64,000 bases of DNA, taken from contig CBDFLE010000004.1 in NCBI GenBank assembly GCA_965248925.1, positions 192,001 through 256,000 of the forward strand, in the 5' to 3' direction. This document shows, one piece after another, positions 49,753 to 61,256 of this stretch; positions within the stretch are counted from its first letter, which is position 1; every line of letters starts with the position of its first letter. The DNA comes from Candidatus Multivoradales bacterium (GTDB lineage Bacteria; Acidobacteriota; Thermoanaerobaculia; Multivoradales; J023). Both the position numbers and the translations under genes were made by a program. The notes beneath the pieces were generated by a model. The model did not search any database, was not told the DNA's origin, and saw nothing but the letters and a program-made list of their open reading frames with translations.

Positions 49753-50033
49753 CGCTCTCTCCTTGGGTCTAGGAGATCGTAGGTCCAATGTGTCAGATCT
49801 GCGCAAACAGTCCGGGCTTCGCTATAGCCTGAAGCGGGGCACCTGAGAATCCCTCCTTTCTGGTCTGCTTGGGTGTTAAAGAACTCGGTTTCGGACAATA
49901 GGCGCGCACTGTGCTGACATGGGTGCTGATTCTCGTGCAGCTTTGATGTTTTTCGCGCCAAAATCTCGGCGAAAGCTCTGCGTGGGCTATACTTTGCTCC
50001 TGAGCCAACTATCTGGAGGGGTGTATGTCAGAA

Positions 50034-51306
50034 CACTGCTGTCCCGTTAACTTCCGACGATTACCAGTTGTCTTTCGTCTAGTCCTGGGATCGGCGGCGG
50101 CTCTCGTTTCAAGAGGGCCATGAGGTCGCGGCGCTCAAAGAGGTTCAATTGAAGGAGGCGCAAGGCCTCCCGTAAACTACTGGAAAGACGGTGCTTGTGC
50201 TTGATGAAAGCGAGCAATAGGTAGACGCACATGGCGATCCAAAGCTGAGTCAGCACGGCGTTGCGGCTGGTGCCGACGAAAGTCTTGATCTTCAGATTCT
50301 GCTTGATCCACTTGAAGAAGAGTTCAATTTGCCAACGTTCGTGGTAGATATCGGCAATGGTCTGAGGTGACAGGCGGAACAGGTTCGTCAAGAAATAGTA
50401 GATCTTGCCGGTCTCAGGGTCGCGATAGCCTACTCTCCGCAGAGGCATCGGGCAGTCACGACACGCCTTCACACCGGTCCATTCGATCGTTTGGTCGCTC
50501 ATCAAACCCTTGGAACGATTGACTCTTCGACGTTCGGTCACGCGGTACTTGGCCCCGCGCTTCAGACGGGTCACAAAGAAAAGACCCTTCTCGCTCAGCT
50601 GACGAAACCAGCTGTAGCTGTTGTAACCACGATCACAAGCTACGATGCTTCCTCGTGGCAGCGTCAGGCTCTTGCAGCCCGCGATGTCACCTGTTTTTCC
50701 ATCCGAGATCGCAACGAAGGCAGGCAAGTAGCCACCGTGATCCAACCCCACATGCAGCTTGATCGCTCCCTTGGTCGTACGAAACTTCGCCCATGGGAAT
50801 ATCGACAGACAGAGGTCTATCACCGAGGCGTCAAGCGAGAACAAGCGGTTCTTGAACCGGAACGTATGCTTGGGCGCCACTGCCTGAGCATGCCCCAGAA
50901 GTCTCCCAAATAGCTCTTCAAAAAGGAGATAGGGCTTCTCTTCGTTGATCCGTGCCAAGTTAGATCGCGACAGGACTCGGCAGCCGAGATGGTAGAGCTT
51001 GTGCCGCTGCGCTCGTAGATTGTCAACGATGTCGCGCAAGCTAGAACGCCCGGACAGCTGGGCCATCATCAGAGCCACCAGCTGCGACCAGCGGCTCGCA
51101 GTGCGGAACTGGCGACCGGCGTGGTGGCGTTTTGCGAGGGCCTCGAATTCATGTCTCGAAATCAGTTGCAGTAGCTGGGCGAAGACGGTGCTATGATGTG
51201 CCAAGGCTCAGATCTCCCTTTGATTCAGCCGTTTAGCGATGACTGATTCTATCAAGACCAGGGAGGTTTGAGCCTATTTTTCTGCGAAGTTAACGGGACA
51301 GCAGTG
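50034..51306 (-). mobile_element. IS4-family insertion sequence (1273 bp) with 9-bp target duplication ATGTCAGAA
   Basis: Perfect IR CACTGCTGTCCCGTTAACTT / AAGTTAACGGGACAGCAGTG; duplicated target at 50025-50033 and 51307-51315. Confidence 0.95.
50047..51204 (-). CDS. IS4-family transposase (DUF4372-type N-terminus + DDE_Tnp_1)
   Basis: TVFAQLLQLI N-terminus; LDASVI, DRGY, YHERWQIELFFKWIKQNLKIK (YREK signature). Confidence 0.93.
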   Translation of the reverse strand: MAHHSTVFAQLLQLISRHEFEALAKRHHAGRQFRTASRWSQLVALMMAQLSGRSSLRDIVDNLRAQRHKLYHLGCRVLSRSNLARINEEKPYLLFEELFGRLLGHAQAVAPKHTFRFKNRLFSLDASVIDLCLSIFPWAKFRTTKGAIKLHVGLDHGGYLPAFVAISDGKTGDIAGCKSLTLPRGSIVACDRGYNSYSWFRQLSEKGLFFVTRLKRGAKYRVTERRRVNRSKGLMSDQTIEWTGVKACRDCPMPLRRVGYRDPETGKIYYFLTNLFRLSPQTIADIYHERWQIELFFKWIKQNLKIKTFVGTSRNAVLTQLWIAMCVYLLLAFIKHKHRLSSSLREALRLLQLNLFERRDLMALLKREPPPIPGLDERQLVIVGS

Positions 51307-52647
51307 ATGTCAGAAGCTCTATTTCTATCCGACTATCAGCAGCTTCTAACCACGCTGAGAGTGCATGTGCGGCGCCATCCGAGGTCACTTCAAGCTATTG
51401 AGAGGCAGCTTGGGTGGTCGCGCTCCTACCTTTCTCGAAAACTGGCTGGTGCAATTAGCCTCTCTACAGAGCAGCTGCTAAAGATCCTGAAGATCGTCGA
51501 CCTGAATCTTAGCGAGCTAGAAGCGAAGGCATCCTGGGTTGATGTCGAGGGCCTCCTTGAGGGTCTGCTGCCTGAAGGAAGTCGAAATCCAGCTCCGATT
51601 GTAGAGTTGCGGCGAGTGGCACGGAAGCTGACCGAGCGGGATTGCACTTCAGAGCAGCTGAGGGGGCCAGCAGGGTCACTTATCGAAGTGCTGCATAGGA
51701 TCGATCGACAGCGCTACAGGGATCCTTGGGCTTCAGCTGGACAGGCATTCGCCCTTGCGGTGAAAGTAGCTCCTACTCTCGAAGGGTTGGGAGGCTCTGA
51801 GATCTTCTGCAGGGCGGCAAGTGTCTATGCCGCTTCCTGCCGATTGGGTGGTGCTCCCGAGTACTCAATCCGTGTTCTCTTGGTAGCTCTCTGTTCTTCA
51901 GGCCGGCTTCGATCGCGACTGCGGATTTGTCTTCTTCGACAAGCGAGCTACCTCCTGATGTCGCATGACAGGACTTCAGATGCTCTATTGGTTCTGGATC
52001 TGGCTGAAGTTCATTGCCTCAGGTCCGAAGACAGATGGTGCCGCGGGCGAACCGCTGTTGCAAGAGGCGCTGCTTTGGTCTATCTGGGAGAGTTCGAGGC
52101 TGCAGAGCGGTCATTCAGGATAGTGCTGTCGGAGCTTGAAGGGCGGATCAACCGCAGGTTTCTTGGCTCTGCGCACCAGGGGCTCGCAAGGATCCATCTT
52201 GAGACGGATGATCTTGGGAACGCTGCTCGCGAGCTTGAACGAGCTGGTAGATTCTTTTCTCAAAGTGATCTCTATAGCCAAGGGAAGTTGGATTGGACTG
52301 TCGGTCGTTGGGCTCGCCAATGCGGCCAGAGAGATTTGGCGGAACAGAAGTTCCGAAGCGCCGTTGGACACCTCTCGTCGATCAATCCGTTCGATTCGGC
52401 ACTGGCGAGTCTGGACTGGATCGATCTCCTCGTTGAAGTAGGGGAGACTGCGGAGGCTGTAGTGATCGCTAGGAACCTGGCGGAGCTTATGGAGCCTCTC
52501 AAATCGAACACGATAGCGAGTAATACGATCGTTGCTCTTCGAAGAAAGGCCAACGCTGGTAGGTTGACGCTGAAGCTGATCGAGATTGCCCGTAAGAGGA
52601 TCTCTGGTGGGCGGCTCAAAGGCATCCGCCCACCAGAGATATCCTAG
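51307..52647 (+). CDS. Divergent XRE-HTH + TPR regulator, unit 3 (separated from its RBS and promoter by IS4)
   Basis: HVRRHPRSLQAIERQLGWSRSYLSRKL HTH; shares INPFD and GRLT...IEIARK...GIRPP with the paralogs; native GGAGG lies at ~50015. Confidence 0.8.
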   Translation: MSEALFLSDYQQLLTTLRVHVRRHPRSLQAIERQLGWSRSYLSRKLAGAISLSTEQLLKILKIVDLNLSELEAKASWVDVEGLLEGLLPEGSRNPAPIVELRRVARKLTERDCTSEQLRGPAGSLIEVLHRIDRQRYRDPWASAGQAFALAVKVAPTLEGLGGSEIFCRAASVYAASCRLGGAPEYSIRVLLVALCSSGRLRSRLRICLLRQASYLLMSHDRTSDALLVLDLAEVHCLRSEDRWCRGRTAVARGAALVYLGEFEAAERSFRIVLSELEGRINRRFLGSAHQGLARIHLETDDLGNAARELERAGRFFSQSDLYSQGKLDWTVGRWARQCGQRDLAEQKFRSAVGHLSSINPFDSALASLDWIDLLVEVGETAEAVVIARNLAELMEPLKSNTIASNTIVALRRKANAGRLTLKLIEIARKRISGGRLKGIRPPEIS

Positions 52648-52783
52648 CCCTCCGGAGAAATCAGCATCCCGTAGCTCATTTGGTTTTCACGAGATTTAGT
52701 TTTCATCAGTGACCTCCTTCGCAACGAGCCAAGAGTCGCTGAATTGCTCTTCTTGGTCCGAAGTCCCGCCCAAACTATATCGA

Positions 52784-55700
52784 CGCAGCTCGGCGATCAG
52801 CTGGTGCTGGCGATCTCGGCCAAGCTCACTCCGGGCCAGCCGCTGCGCCTCGACTTCTCAGAAGCCTTGCAAGAAGAGGCGCCAGGTATCCGGGTCGAGC
52901 ACGACGGGATGGCGCTGCCGATCACCAAAGAGCCTCTGGGCAGCTGGGCACAGCTGCGGATCCATGGCGGCTGGCAGGCTGGCAAGACCTACAACTTGCG
53001 CCTGGACTCCACCATGGCCGACGCCGCCGGCTTGCCTTGGGATACTGACCTGACTCTGCCTTTCGAAGTCGCCGAATCGAGCGCCGGCACTAGCTTCGCG
53101 CTCGACGCGGCGCACGACATCGCGCGCCTCGGCTCGTTGCTCTTCGTGGCCGCCGGCGCCGATGGCCTGGCGGTGCTCGACGCCAGCGACCCGCGCCAGC
53201 TGAAGAACTGGCTGGCGGCTGAGACCTACGTCGATCTGGTCTCGGAGCCAGGTCTACCGGTGCGCGGGGTGGCGACCGACAGCCATGGCCGGGTGGTGGC
53301 AGTAGGGGGTGGCGTCGCCCGCCGGGGGGTGCTGCTGATCCTCGATCCGCAAGAGCTGCCCCAGGGTGCCGCGACGGTGCCCGCGGCGGCGATTCTCGGC
53401 CGCACCCTCCTCACCGAGCCCCAGCTGGCTGGCTCGGGTGCCCCGCCGCTGCTCATCGGGCGGCCGCTGGCGGTCGAGATCTTCAACCGCGATGAGAGCA
53501 CGAGCTGGACGGTGGGGGAGGTGGTGCCGCCGGGCCTCACCCTGGCTCCGCCCAGCCCACCGAGCGGCACGGCGGCTGTCTCGCTCACCGTCAGTGGCAT
53601 GGCGACGGCGGAGCGTCCGGTGACTCTGCGCAACCTCACCACCGGCGAGCGCGACAGCGCTCGCGTCGGCAGTGCTGGTGGCGGCGGTGCTGGCAGTTTC
53701 TCCCTGAGTCTCAGCGTGCGGCGCGGCGACCGCCTGGAGCTACTGCGCAACGAGCTGTCCTTGGCCTACGTGGCGGGTTACGACGCCGGGGTGGTGACGG
53801 TGGATCTGAACGCCGTCGAAGCGGCCGATGAGGAAGTCGACGATCCTTGGGATGCCTTCGATCTGCTGCGCTACAACACTCACTATTTTGTACCGACCGA
53901 GGTGCTGTGCTCGACGTTTGAGAACGATCAGCGCTTCGACGTGATCGACGCGCGGGTGCTGCCGGCGGCGTCGGAGGGCGAGCCTTGGAGCGTGCTGGCC
54001 CTGGTCGAGAATTATGGCTTGCTGTCGCTGGGTGCCTCGGTCGCTGCGCCGCTGGACAAGCTGGCCTACCGCGACGCTCTCTGCGGCGAGGTCGACGGCA
54101 ACCGCAAGCTGGGGGGTCTCGATGTGCTGCCCGGCTACCGCTTCGACCGCAACGGCGACGGTGTGCTGGACGACACTGAGCCCGAGCGTGACTACGCGCT
54201 GCTCACCAACACCGTCGGTGGCGGCGGTCTTGGCTGGCTGCTGATCGTCGATGTCACCAAGCGCGATGAGCTGCTTCTTGTGGGCCGCATCGAGCTGCCC
54301 GGCCCAGCGACGCGGGTGACTGCTGACCCGGTCGGCCGCCGCGCCCTGGTCTCAGGCCTCGGTGGCGGGGTCTACATCGTCGACCTCGACCGCTGGCCCG
54401 AGCTGGGTGGCGGCGGCGGAACCCCTCAGATCTGGTCGAGCGATCGGGTGGTCGAGCGCTTGAGCTTTGGCGAGGACGTGCGCGCCCCCACCTTGGTGGC
54501 GCCGGAGCTGGGCCTGGCCTTCGCCGGTGGCGTTGCCCGCGGCGTGACCCCCATCAGCACCGGCCTGCCGCGCCTGTCGCTGGTGACCAGCGGCCAGCAG
54601 GGACTGCGTCGGGTCGCCCGGCTGGCGCCATTTGGCGCGCCTACCGCGCCGGAGAGTGCCGAGGAGGGAGCGGAAGAAATACCCGGCGTGATCCGCGTGC
54701 AGGCGCAGCTTCCTGGTGGCCTGGCCGATGCCGAGGGCAAGATCCGTGTCGACCTCGCGGGCATCGGCCCCGCCGGTTTGCCGGTGCGCGGCCTCGGCGA
54801 GGGGCTGATGGACGAGCCCATGGCCGAGCTGAAAGACGATAAGGCGCTGGTGCTACAACGGCAGTCGGACAACCCCCTGTCAGAGGGCTACAACGTCTTC
54901 CTCTCCGACCCGGTGGTGCTGCTGGCTGACGTGCGCGCCTCGGCGCATTTCGAGCGCTCGGAGGCTGAGAAGAAGGTCTGCCGCCGCTGCGACCTGGTGG
55001 ACGAGGGGGTCTACTCCGCGGCCGATCTACCTCCCAACGAGCTGCATGTCGAGCTGCTGTCGGGTCACCAGGTCCGCGCCAGCTACAGCGCCAGCTTCGC
55101 CACCAGCCTCAGCGGGCTTTACAACGCCGATCTGCTAGCGGGCTACGCCGTCATCGCCGACAGTGTGCCCTGGGATCTCAGCCCCTCGCCGCACCAGGAG
55201 CCGGTGCTCAATGCCGCCACTAGCGCGATGGCGGCGCCGGGCACCCTCCTGCACTCAGGAGAGATGACCCGCCAGGCGATCGACCTCAGCCTCCAAGGCC
55301 GGGGTTTAGATGTGGCCTTGGTGCGCACCTACCGCAGCCAAACGATCAGCAACGGCCCCCTCGGCCCGGGCTGGGATCATGGCTACCGCCTGCGCTTGCG
55401 GCTCTTGCCCAATGGCGATATCGACTTCTTCGACGGCACTGGCCGCCGCGAGACCTTCACCTTGGAAGACGACCGCGAGCTGAAGCCGCCAGCCGGCCGT
55501 TTCGTCCAGCTCAAGAAGTACGCCGAGGGCTACACCCTGATCGGCAGCGGCTACCAGCGCTGGCGTTTCGATCGCTGGGGTCGTTTAGTGTCGATGATCG
55601 ACTCGGTGCGCACCAGCGAAGAGACCGGCAACGAGATCACCTTCCACTACGACTCCCACTCGCGCCTGGCGCGAATCCACGACGATCTCGACCGCAACAC

Positions 55701-58700
55701 CTTCCTGCACTACGACGAAGGCCGCCTGGAGAAGATCGTCGACTTCAGTGATCGCGACTTCCTCTACCACTACGACGCCCAGGGAAGATTGACCAGTTTC
55801 GAGACTCCAGTCGTCGACCTCGGCAGCGGCAGCAGCCAGCGCCTGTCGACCACCTACGCCTACCACGCCGCCGGCACCGGCCTGGCTGGCCAGCTCAGCC
55901 AACGCGATGATCTGAAAAGCGAGACCGACGCCAAGAGCCAGACCTGGCTCACCCTGCGGTATCAGGACTCCGACGGCAACGGCCGCCCCGATGCGCTCAA
56001 AGAACAAGACTGGGGAGCGGGGACAGTGCATTTGGCCTTCGATTTCGACGGCCAGCAGACCACCCTGACCGATCGGCGGGGCAAAGTCTGGACCTACCAT
56101 CTCAACGCCGCTGGGCAGATGCTCAGCGAGCGCGACCCGGCGTCTCATCAGTCGAACTGGTCCTACGAGCCGAGTGGTGCATTGGCACAGGCCACCGAGG
56201 CGGGGGGAATCACCACCGGTCTGACCTACGGCTCGGACTCTCCGCGCCAGCGGGGCAATGTGTCGAGCGTGACGACGACGCCTTCCCCTGGCCACCCCAA
56301 CCCCGTCTCGCCGGTGGTGGTGCAGGTGCTAGAGAGGGTTAAGAAAACCAATCGGGTGGCCAGTTGGAACGATAAGCACGGTGCTCAGCACCTGATCATT
56401 TCCTATCCCAACGAGCTGCCCAAGGTGCGTCAAGACGCCTATGGCACACCGCTCAACGCCACCTCGTCGATGAAGTACGACCTTTTCGGTCGGATCACCG
56501 AGCAGATTGCCCCCAACCAGAGCGTCACCAGTTTTACCTACGGCGAGGATGGCTACCTGACTCAGGTGGTCGCCGACGCCCAGAACCTGGCTCTGAGCAC
56601 CGACTTTCTGGCGCGCGACGCCCGTGGCAATCCGCTGCGCTGGCGCGACCCGCGCGGGGTGATCCACGAAGCTGAGTACAACGCCCTTGGCTGGCTGCTG
56701 CGTCAGCGGCAAGCGATCTCGGGCGGCGGCGCCCCGATCGACCTGGTGAGTGAATTCGACTACGACGCCAACGGTCAGGTCACGGAGACCCGCCTCTCCT
56801 ACAGTGGCGGCGGGATGACCGCGACTCGCTTCACTTACGGAATTCTCGGCGAGCTACTGCGCAGCGAGCGCGAGGTCGAGACCGGCGGGGTGGCGATCCT
56901 CGAGACCGTAGCGTACGACTCCCATCTCAACCCGACTCGCATCGTCGATGGTGTCGGTGGGGTCACCTTGCTGCAGTACGACGCCCGCAGCCTACCGCTC
57001 CGCAAGACCAGCGGGGCGGGTACGGCGGCGGAGATCTCAGAGGAGTACTACTACGACGCCGACGGCCGGCTGGTGGTCTACACCGATGCTCGCCAACAAG
57101 TTTGGCGTACTGAGTACGACGGCTTGGGACGCCCCGCGGCGCAGATCAATCCGCTGGGAGAGCGCACCGAGACCGAGTACACCCCAGGTAACCTGCCAAT
57201 CCGCAAACGCCGCTTGAGTGCCTCGGGCGTCTTGAAGAGCGAGCAGCAATGGCAGTGGGACGTGCGTGCTCGGCAGACCCGCGGATTTGCTCATCTGTGG
57301 GCCTACGGCGAGGGTGGCGGCGATGGCGAAGCTCATCAGCAGCTGACGACAGAGTTAACTTACGATGCCATCTCGAATCTGCTCACCGTCGAGGGTCCTG
57401 GCATCTCGTTGGAGCATCGCTACGACTCGGCGGGGCGGCGGACCTTCTCGCAAGACCAGGCCGGCAACATCGTCGAGCTGGACCTCGACCCGCTAGGTCT
57501 GGTCACCACCCAACGCCACATCGAGCAGCTCGCCGAGGGGGGCACCGCGACCGTCGAGAACACCTTCACCCACGACGCTTTGGGCCGTCCGCTGAGCGAG
57601 AGTCTGCCGCACGGTGGCAGCCGCAGCTGGCAATATGACGTCCGTGGCAACCTGACTCGTTTTGCCGACGCCGACGGCCGCGTCTGGACCTGGCAATACG
57701 ACGGCCTCGACCGCCGGCTCGCCGAGCAGGCTCCGGGAGGTGTTGACCTCAGCCACACCTATGACCAGGCTTCGCGGCCGCTGACCTACACCGACGCTCT
57801 CGGTAACCAGACCCGCTGGGTCTACGACATTCTGGGTCGGCGCACCGACTGGCTGCTCAACGGCGTCGGAGTAGAGATCTACGGCCACGACGAGAGCGGC
57901 AACCCAACCTCCATCCTGCGCGCCGACGGCAGCCGCATCGACCAGAGTTTCGATGCCGCCGGCCGGCTGATCAGCCGCCAGATCAACCTCCCTGACGGCA
58001 CCCTGGGCGAGGCCGAGAGCTACTCCCATGACGCCCTGGGCGGATCACTCAGCAAACCGCGGGCGGCATCTCCACCCAGCACAGCTTCGACTCGTTGTCG
58101 CGGCTGACCGCCGAGACCACCGCTGATCTCACCGTCGGTTACCAGCACGATGCCGCCGGCAACCTGATTCAGATCAGCTACCCCTCGGGTCGCCGGGTCG
58201 ACATCGTGCCCGACGGGCTCAATCGCCCCTCCACGGTCGCCTGGGCGGCGCCCGGCCCGCCCGAAGTCAAGGTGCGCTACGGCTATCGCGGCGGCAATCT
58301 GATGTCCTCCCGCAGCCTGGCCCAGCTCACCGGGGTGAAGACTTTTGATGCCGGCCGGCGCACCGCCGGCTGGCAAGTCCAGGATGCTGGCAACCAGTTG
58401 CTGCTCGGCGAAAGCCTGACCTGGACCCCCGGCTCGCGGCTGGCCACCGCCACCCGCACCGATTTGGGTGGCCTCACCCGTCGTTACGGCTACCAGGACG
58501 GTCGCTTGATCTCGGCCATCCAGACTGGCGGCCCGGCCTCCAGCGCCCCGGCCGCCACCGGCTGGGCCGACGTGCCCGCGAGCTTCACCTACAGCTACGA
58601 CCGAGCCCAGAATCTGCTGGGGATGGACTTCGCACAAAGCTGCGCAGCCACCCAGGTCGCCCTGCCGCTGGATGGCAGCGGCTGGAACCGCCCGGCTTCA

Positions 58701-60872
58701 GTAGCCGGCGAAGCGCTCCAGTGGACCCCACGCCAGGAGCTGGCGAGCAAAGGAAATCTCAACTTCACTTACAGCTGGGACCACCGTCCCATCGAACTTC
58801 GGCGCAATGGGGTGACGATCGCCAGCTACAAATACGACTCCCAAGGTCGCCGAGTCGAGCGCCAAGTCGGCGCCGACACCTACACCACCGTCTGGTCCGG
58901 CTGGCAGCCGATCGAAGAATACAAAAACGGTCTATTGCACAGCCGCCGCACCTACGGCGTTGGCCTCGACGAACTTATTCGCCTCGAAAGCGACCTCGAC
59001 GGCGACGGTGTTCTAGAGCAAGAATACCTGCCCTTCTACGACACGATCGGCAACCTCGTCCTACTCACCAACGAAGCCGGCAAGCCCATCGAACGCTATG
59101 CCTACGGCCCCTATGGCCGGCAGTGGATCGTCGCCGACTCGACAGCGCCGGTAGTCGAGCAGATCCGCATGAAAAGTGACGAGCTGTGGATCGAGTTTTC
59201 CGAAGAAGTGCGTCTCGATCGCCTGCAAGCCGTCGCCAGCGCCGGCACGCTGACGCTAGTCAACGCCCTCGGCGATGAGATCAGCTTGCAGATCGAGCAG
59301 CCCGTCGACAACGGCCGCGCCGCCCGGCGGCGCGTGGTGCTGAGCGAGGCGCCGAGCCAGAATCCCCCACGCTGGCCAGCGGCGGGCGAGACTGCCACCC
59401 TGACTATCCCAGCCGGAGCCCTGGTCGACCTCTTCGAAAACAAAGGCGCGGCCGTGGCCGAAGCTATGACCTGGCCGGCCACCGCGGACGAGATCCACAG
59501 CGACACAGCCCCTCCCCAGCTGCTCCACGCTTGCGTCACACCGCAGAGAAAAGTCGAGCTGGAATTCAGCGAGCCCCTCGACGAAGCGACCCTCGACACC
59601 ATCCAGCTCAACAGCGCAGCAACCACCTGGACCGTCTCGGCCGATGGCTATCGCCTGACCAGCGGCGCCCTCGCGGTCGGCTCCAACACCCTGCTGGTAG
59701 ACGGCGAACTGAAAGACCTCGCCGGCACCTCTCTAGCCGGCACCGTGAGCGAGAGCTTCATCGTCAGCCAGGGTCAGGGCACGATCATCCACAGCGCCCC
59801 CTACGCCGGGCAGATCACTGCCTCGGCTACCGGTAACCCGTTTGGCTTCAAAGGCTTGCCGAGAGACCCGGAGAGTGGGCTGATCTATGTCAGGCACCGC
59901 TACTACGATCCAGAAATAGGCCGGTGGATCACCTCCGATCCACTGGGACTCGTCGATGGGTCGAACCGCTACCAGTTTGCCCTGAATGATCCGACTAACA
60001 ACAGCGATCCCACCGGGGAGTTTGTGGTTGTTGGTTCGATCCTGATCGCAGCGGCGATCTACGGGGCTACTCACGAGATCGAACGAGCTACAGACCTTGA
60101 TCCGTATGCAAGCGTCGGCGGTGCGGCGACCTTGGGAGCAGGGAAGGGTCTGGTGGTTGGTGGTCTTGCCCTAGCCTCGGGAGGATTTGGTGGAGGACTA
60201 GCTGCTGGGCTTGGGGGTGGTGCAGTTACCCAGGGTGCTACGGCGGGTGTCTTTGCGGGTGTTGGTGGCGTCTTTGCGGAGGATGTGATCGATGTTGGGG
60301 TGCTGCATCATCGGGAGAGCTTCAGCTCTATCGGGCGGTATGCTGGGGCAGCGGCGATTGGTGGTGTTGGTGGGGCGGTTCTGGGGCGGATTGGCCAAGC
60401 CGGGACTCGGGCAAATAGACTAGCGCTCCAGGGGCGTGTCCAAGGTCGATTACGGTCGGCAAGCACGCCGCGAATCAACTTAGCTCCCAAGATTCGGTAT
60501 CACTACGCCCCGGAAAGAACTATTTCTGCCATTAGAGCATCGAGAGTTCTCAAAGCAGCAGATCTGGGCGCTCCTCTGGTCAGCACTCCGAAAGCATGGG
60601 TTACTCCAATTGCTCCAGCACGACTCGCTGGCCCCTTTGGGTGGCTACACCGGTTGCGCTTGGGCTTTAGCCCAACTCCGAGAATCCCAACCCCTCATTT
60701 GAGATCTGGTAAGTTTGTCATGCAGGCTGAAGATTCCTATATTGCTATTGATGTTAGTGGACTCCAGCTTACTCGTGCGCCAGTTTGGAAAGCGCCGCTT
60801 GGAGGGCAACAATACATCGTTGGAGATATTTCCCTGCGAACCCGACTTCTTCACTCTGGAGGAATCCGATAG
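52784..60872 (+). pseudogene. 5'-truncated, frameshifted giant RHS toxin, unit 3 (barrel type A; HYD1-like ADP-ribosyltransferase tip)
   Basis: Homology starts abruptly at QLGDQLVLA (~2340 codons including the signal peptide missing); GGG at 58038-58040 versus GGGG in unit 0 splits it into ORFs 52744-58107 and 58095-60872. Confidence 0.85.
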
Positions 60873-61127
60873 GTGTATTCTCAGATTGCAGTAGTTTTTT
60901 TGGTGGGTCTAGTCCTGGGCGTTTTGCAATCGCTGTTGGTTGGTATCCGCATCGGCACCTGGGACGGTGGAACTGGTTGTCTCTGGGGACTCTTGGTTGG
61001 GATTGCGTCAGGACTGTGTGCGATCTGGATTGGTTGGTGGGGCAATGCTGTCGCAGTGTTGATGTCTTTGGTGTGTTTCATCGGTGCCGAAGTGTGGATT
61101 AGGAAGAACGGCGCGCCCCGCATGTAG
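60873..61127 (+). CDS. Putative immunity protein (84 aa, ~3 TM helices)
   Basis: GTG directly after the toxin stop; strongly hydrophobic. Confidence 0.65.
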   Translation: MYSQIAVVFLVGLVLGVLQSLLVGIRIGTWDGGTGCLWGLLVGIASGLCAIWIGWWGNAVAVLMSLVCFIGAEVWIRKNGAPRM

Positions 61128-61141
61128 TGTCTTGCCTGCCG

Positions 61142-61159
61142 TGTCCCGTCCGCCGCGTC
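61142..61159 (+). repeat. Terminal 18-bp copy of the unit-boundary motif
   Basis: TGTCCCGTCCGCCGCGTC, identical to 5222-5239; unrelated sequence follows. Confidence 0.85.
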
Positions 61160-61222
61160 GTCCCTGAATAGGTGCCAGCCGATTCGCAATCCGCCTAGAA
61201 TCAGCAGCTTGCCTTGACCAAA

Positions 61223-61240
61223 GCCCGGCTAGCGCCGGGC
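61223..61240. terminator. GC hairpin between convergent genes, possible terminator
   Basis: GCCCGGC-TAGC-GCCGGGC; no clear U-tract. Confidence 0.35.
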
Positions 61241-61256
61241 ATTGCTGCATCCGCGG

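Noticed and set aside
50040-50047. TGTCCCGT inside the IS4 inverted repeat matches the start of the boundary motif
   Set aside because: Only 8 bp; the IS4 has its own complete IRs and target duplication; probably coincidental
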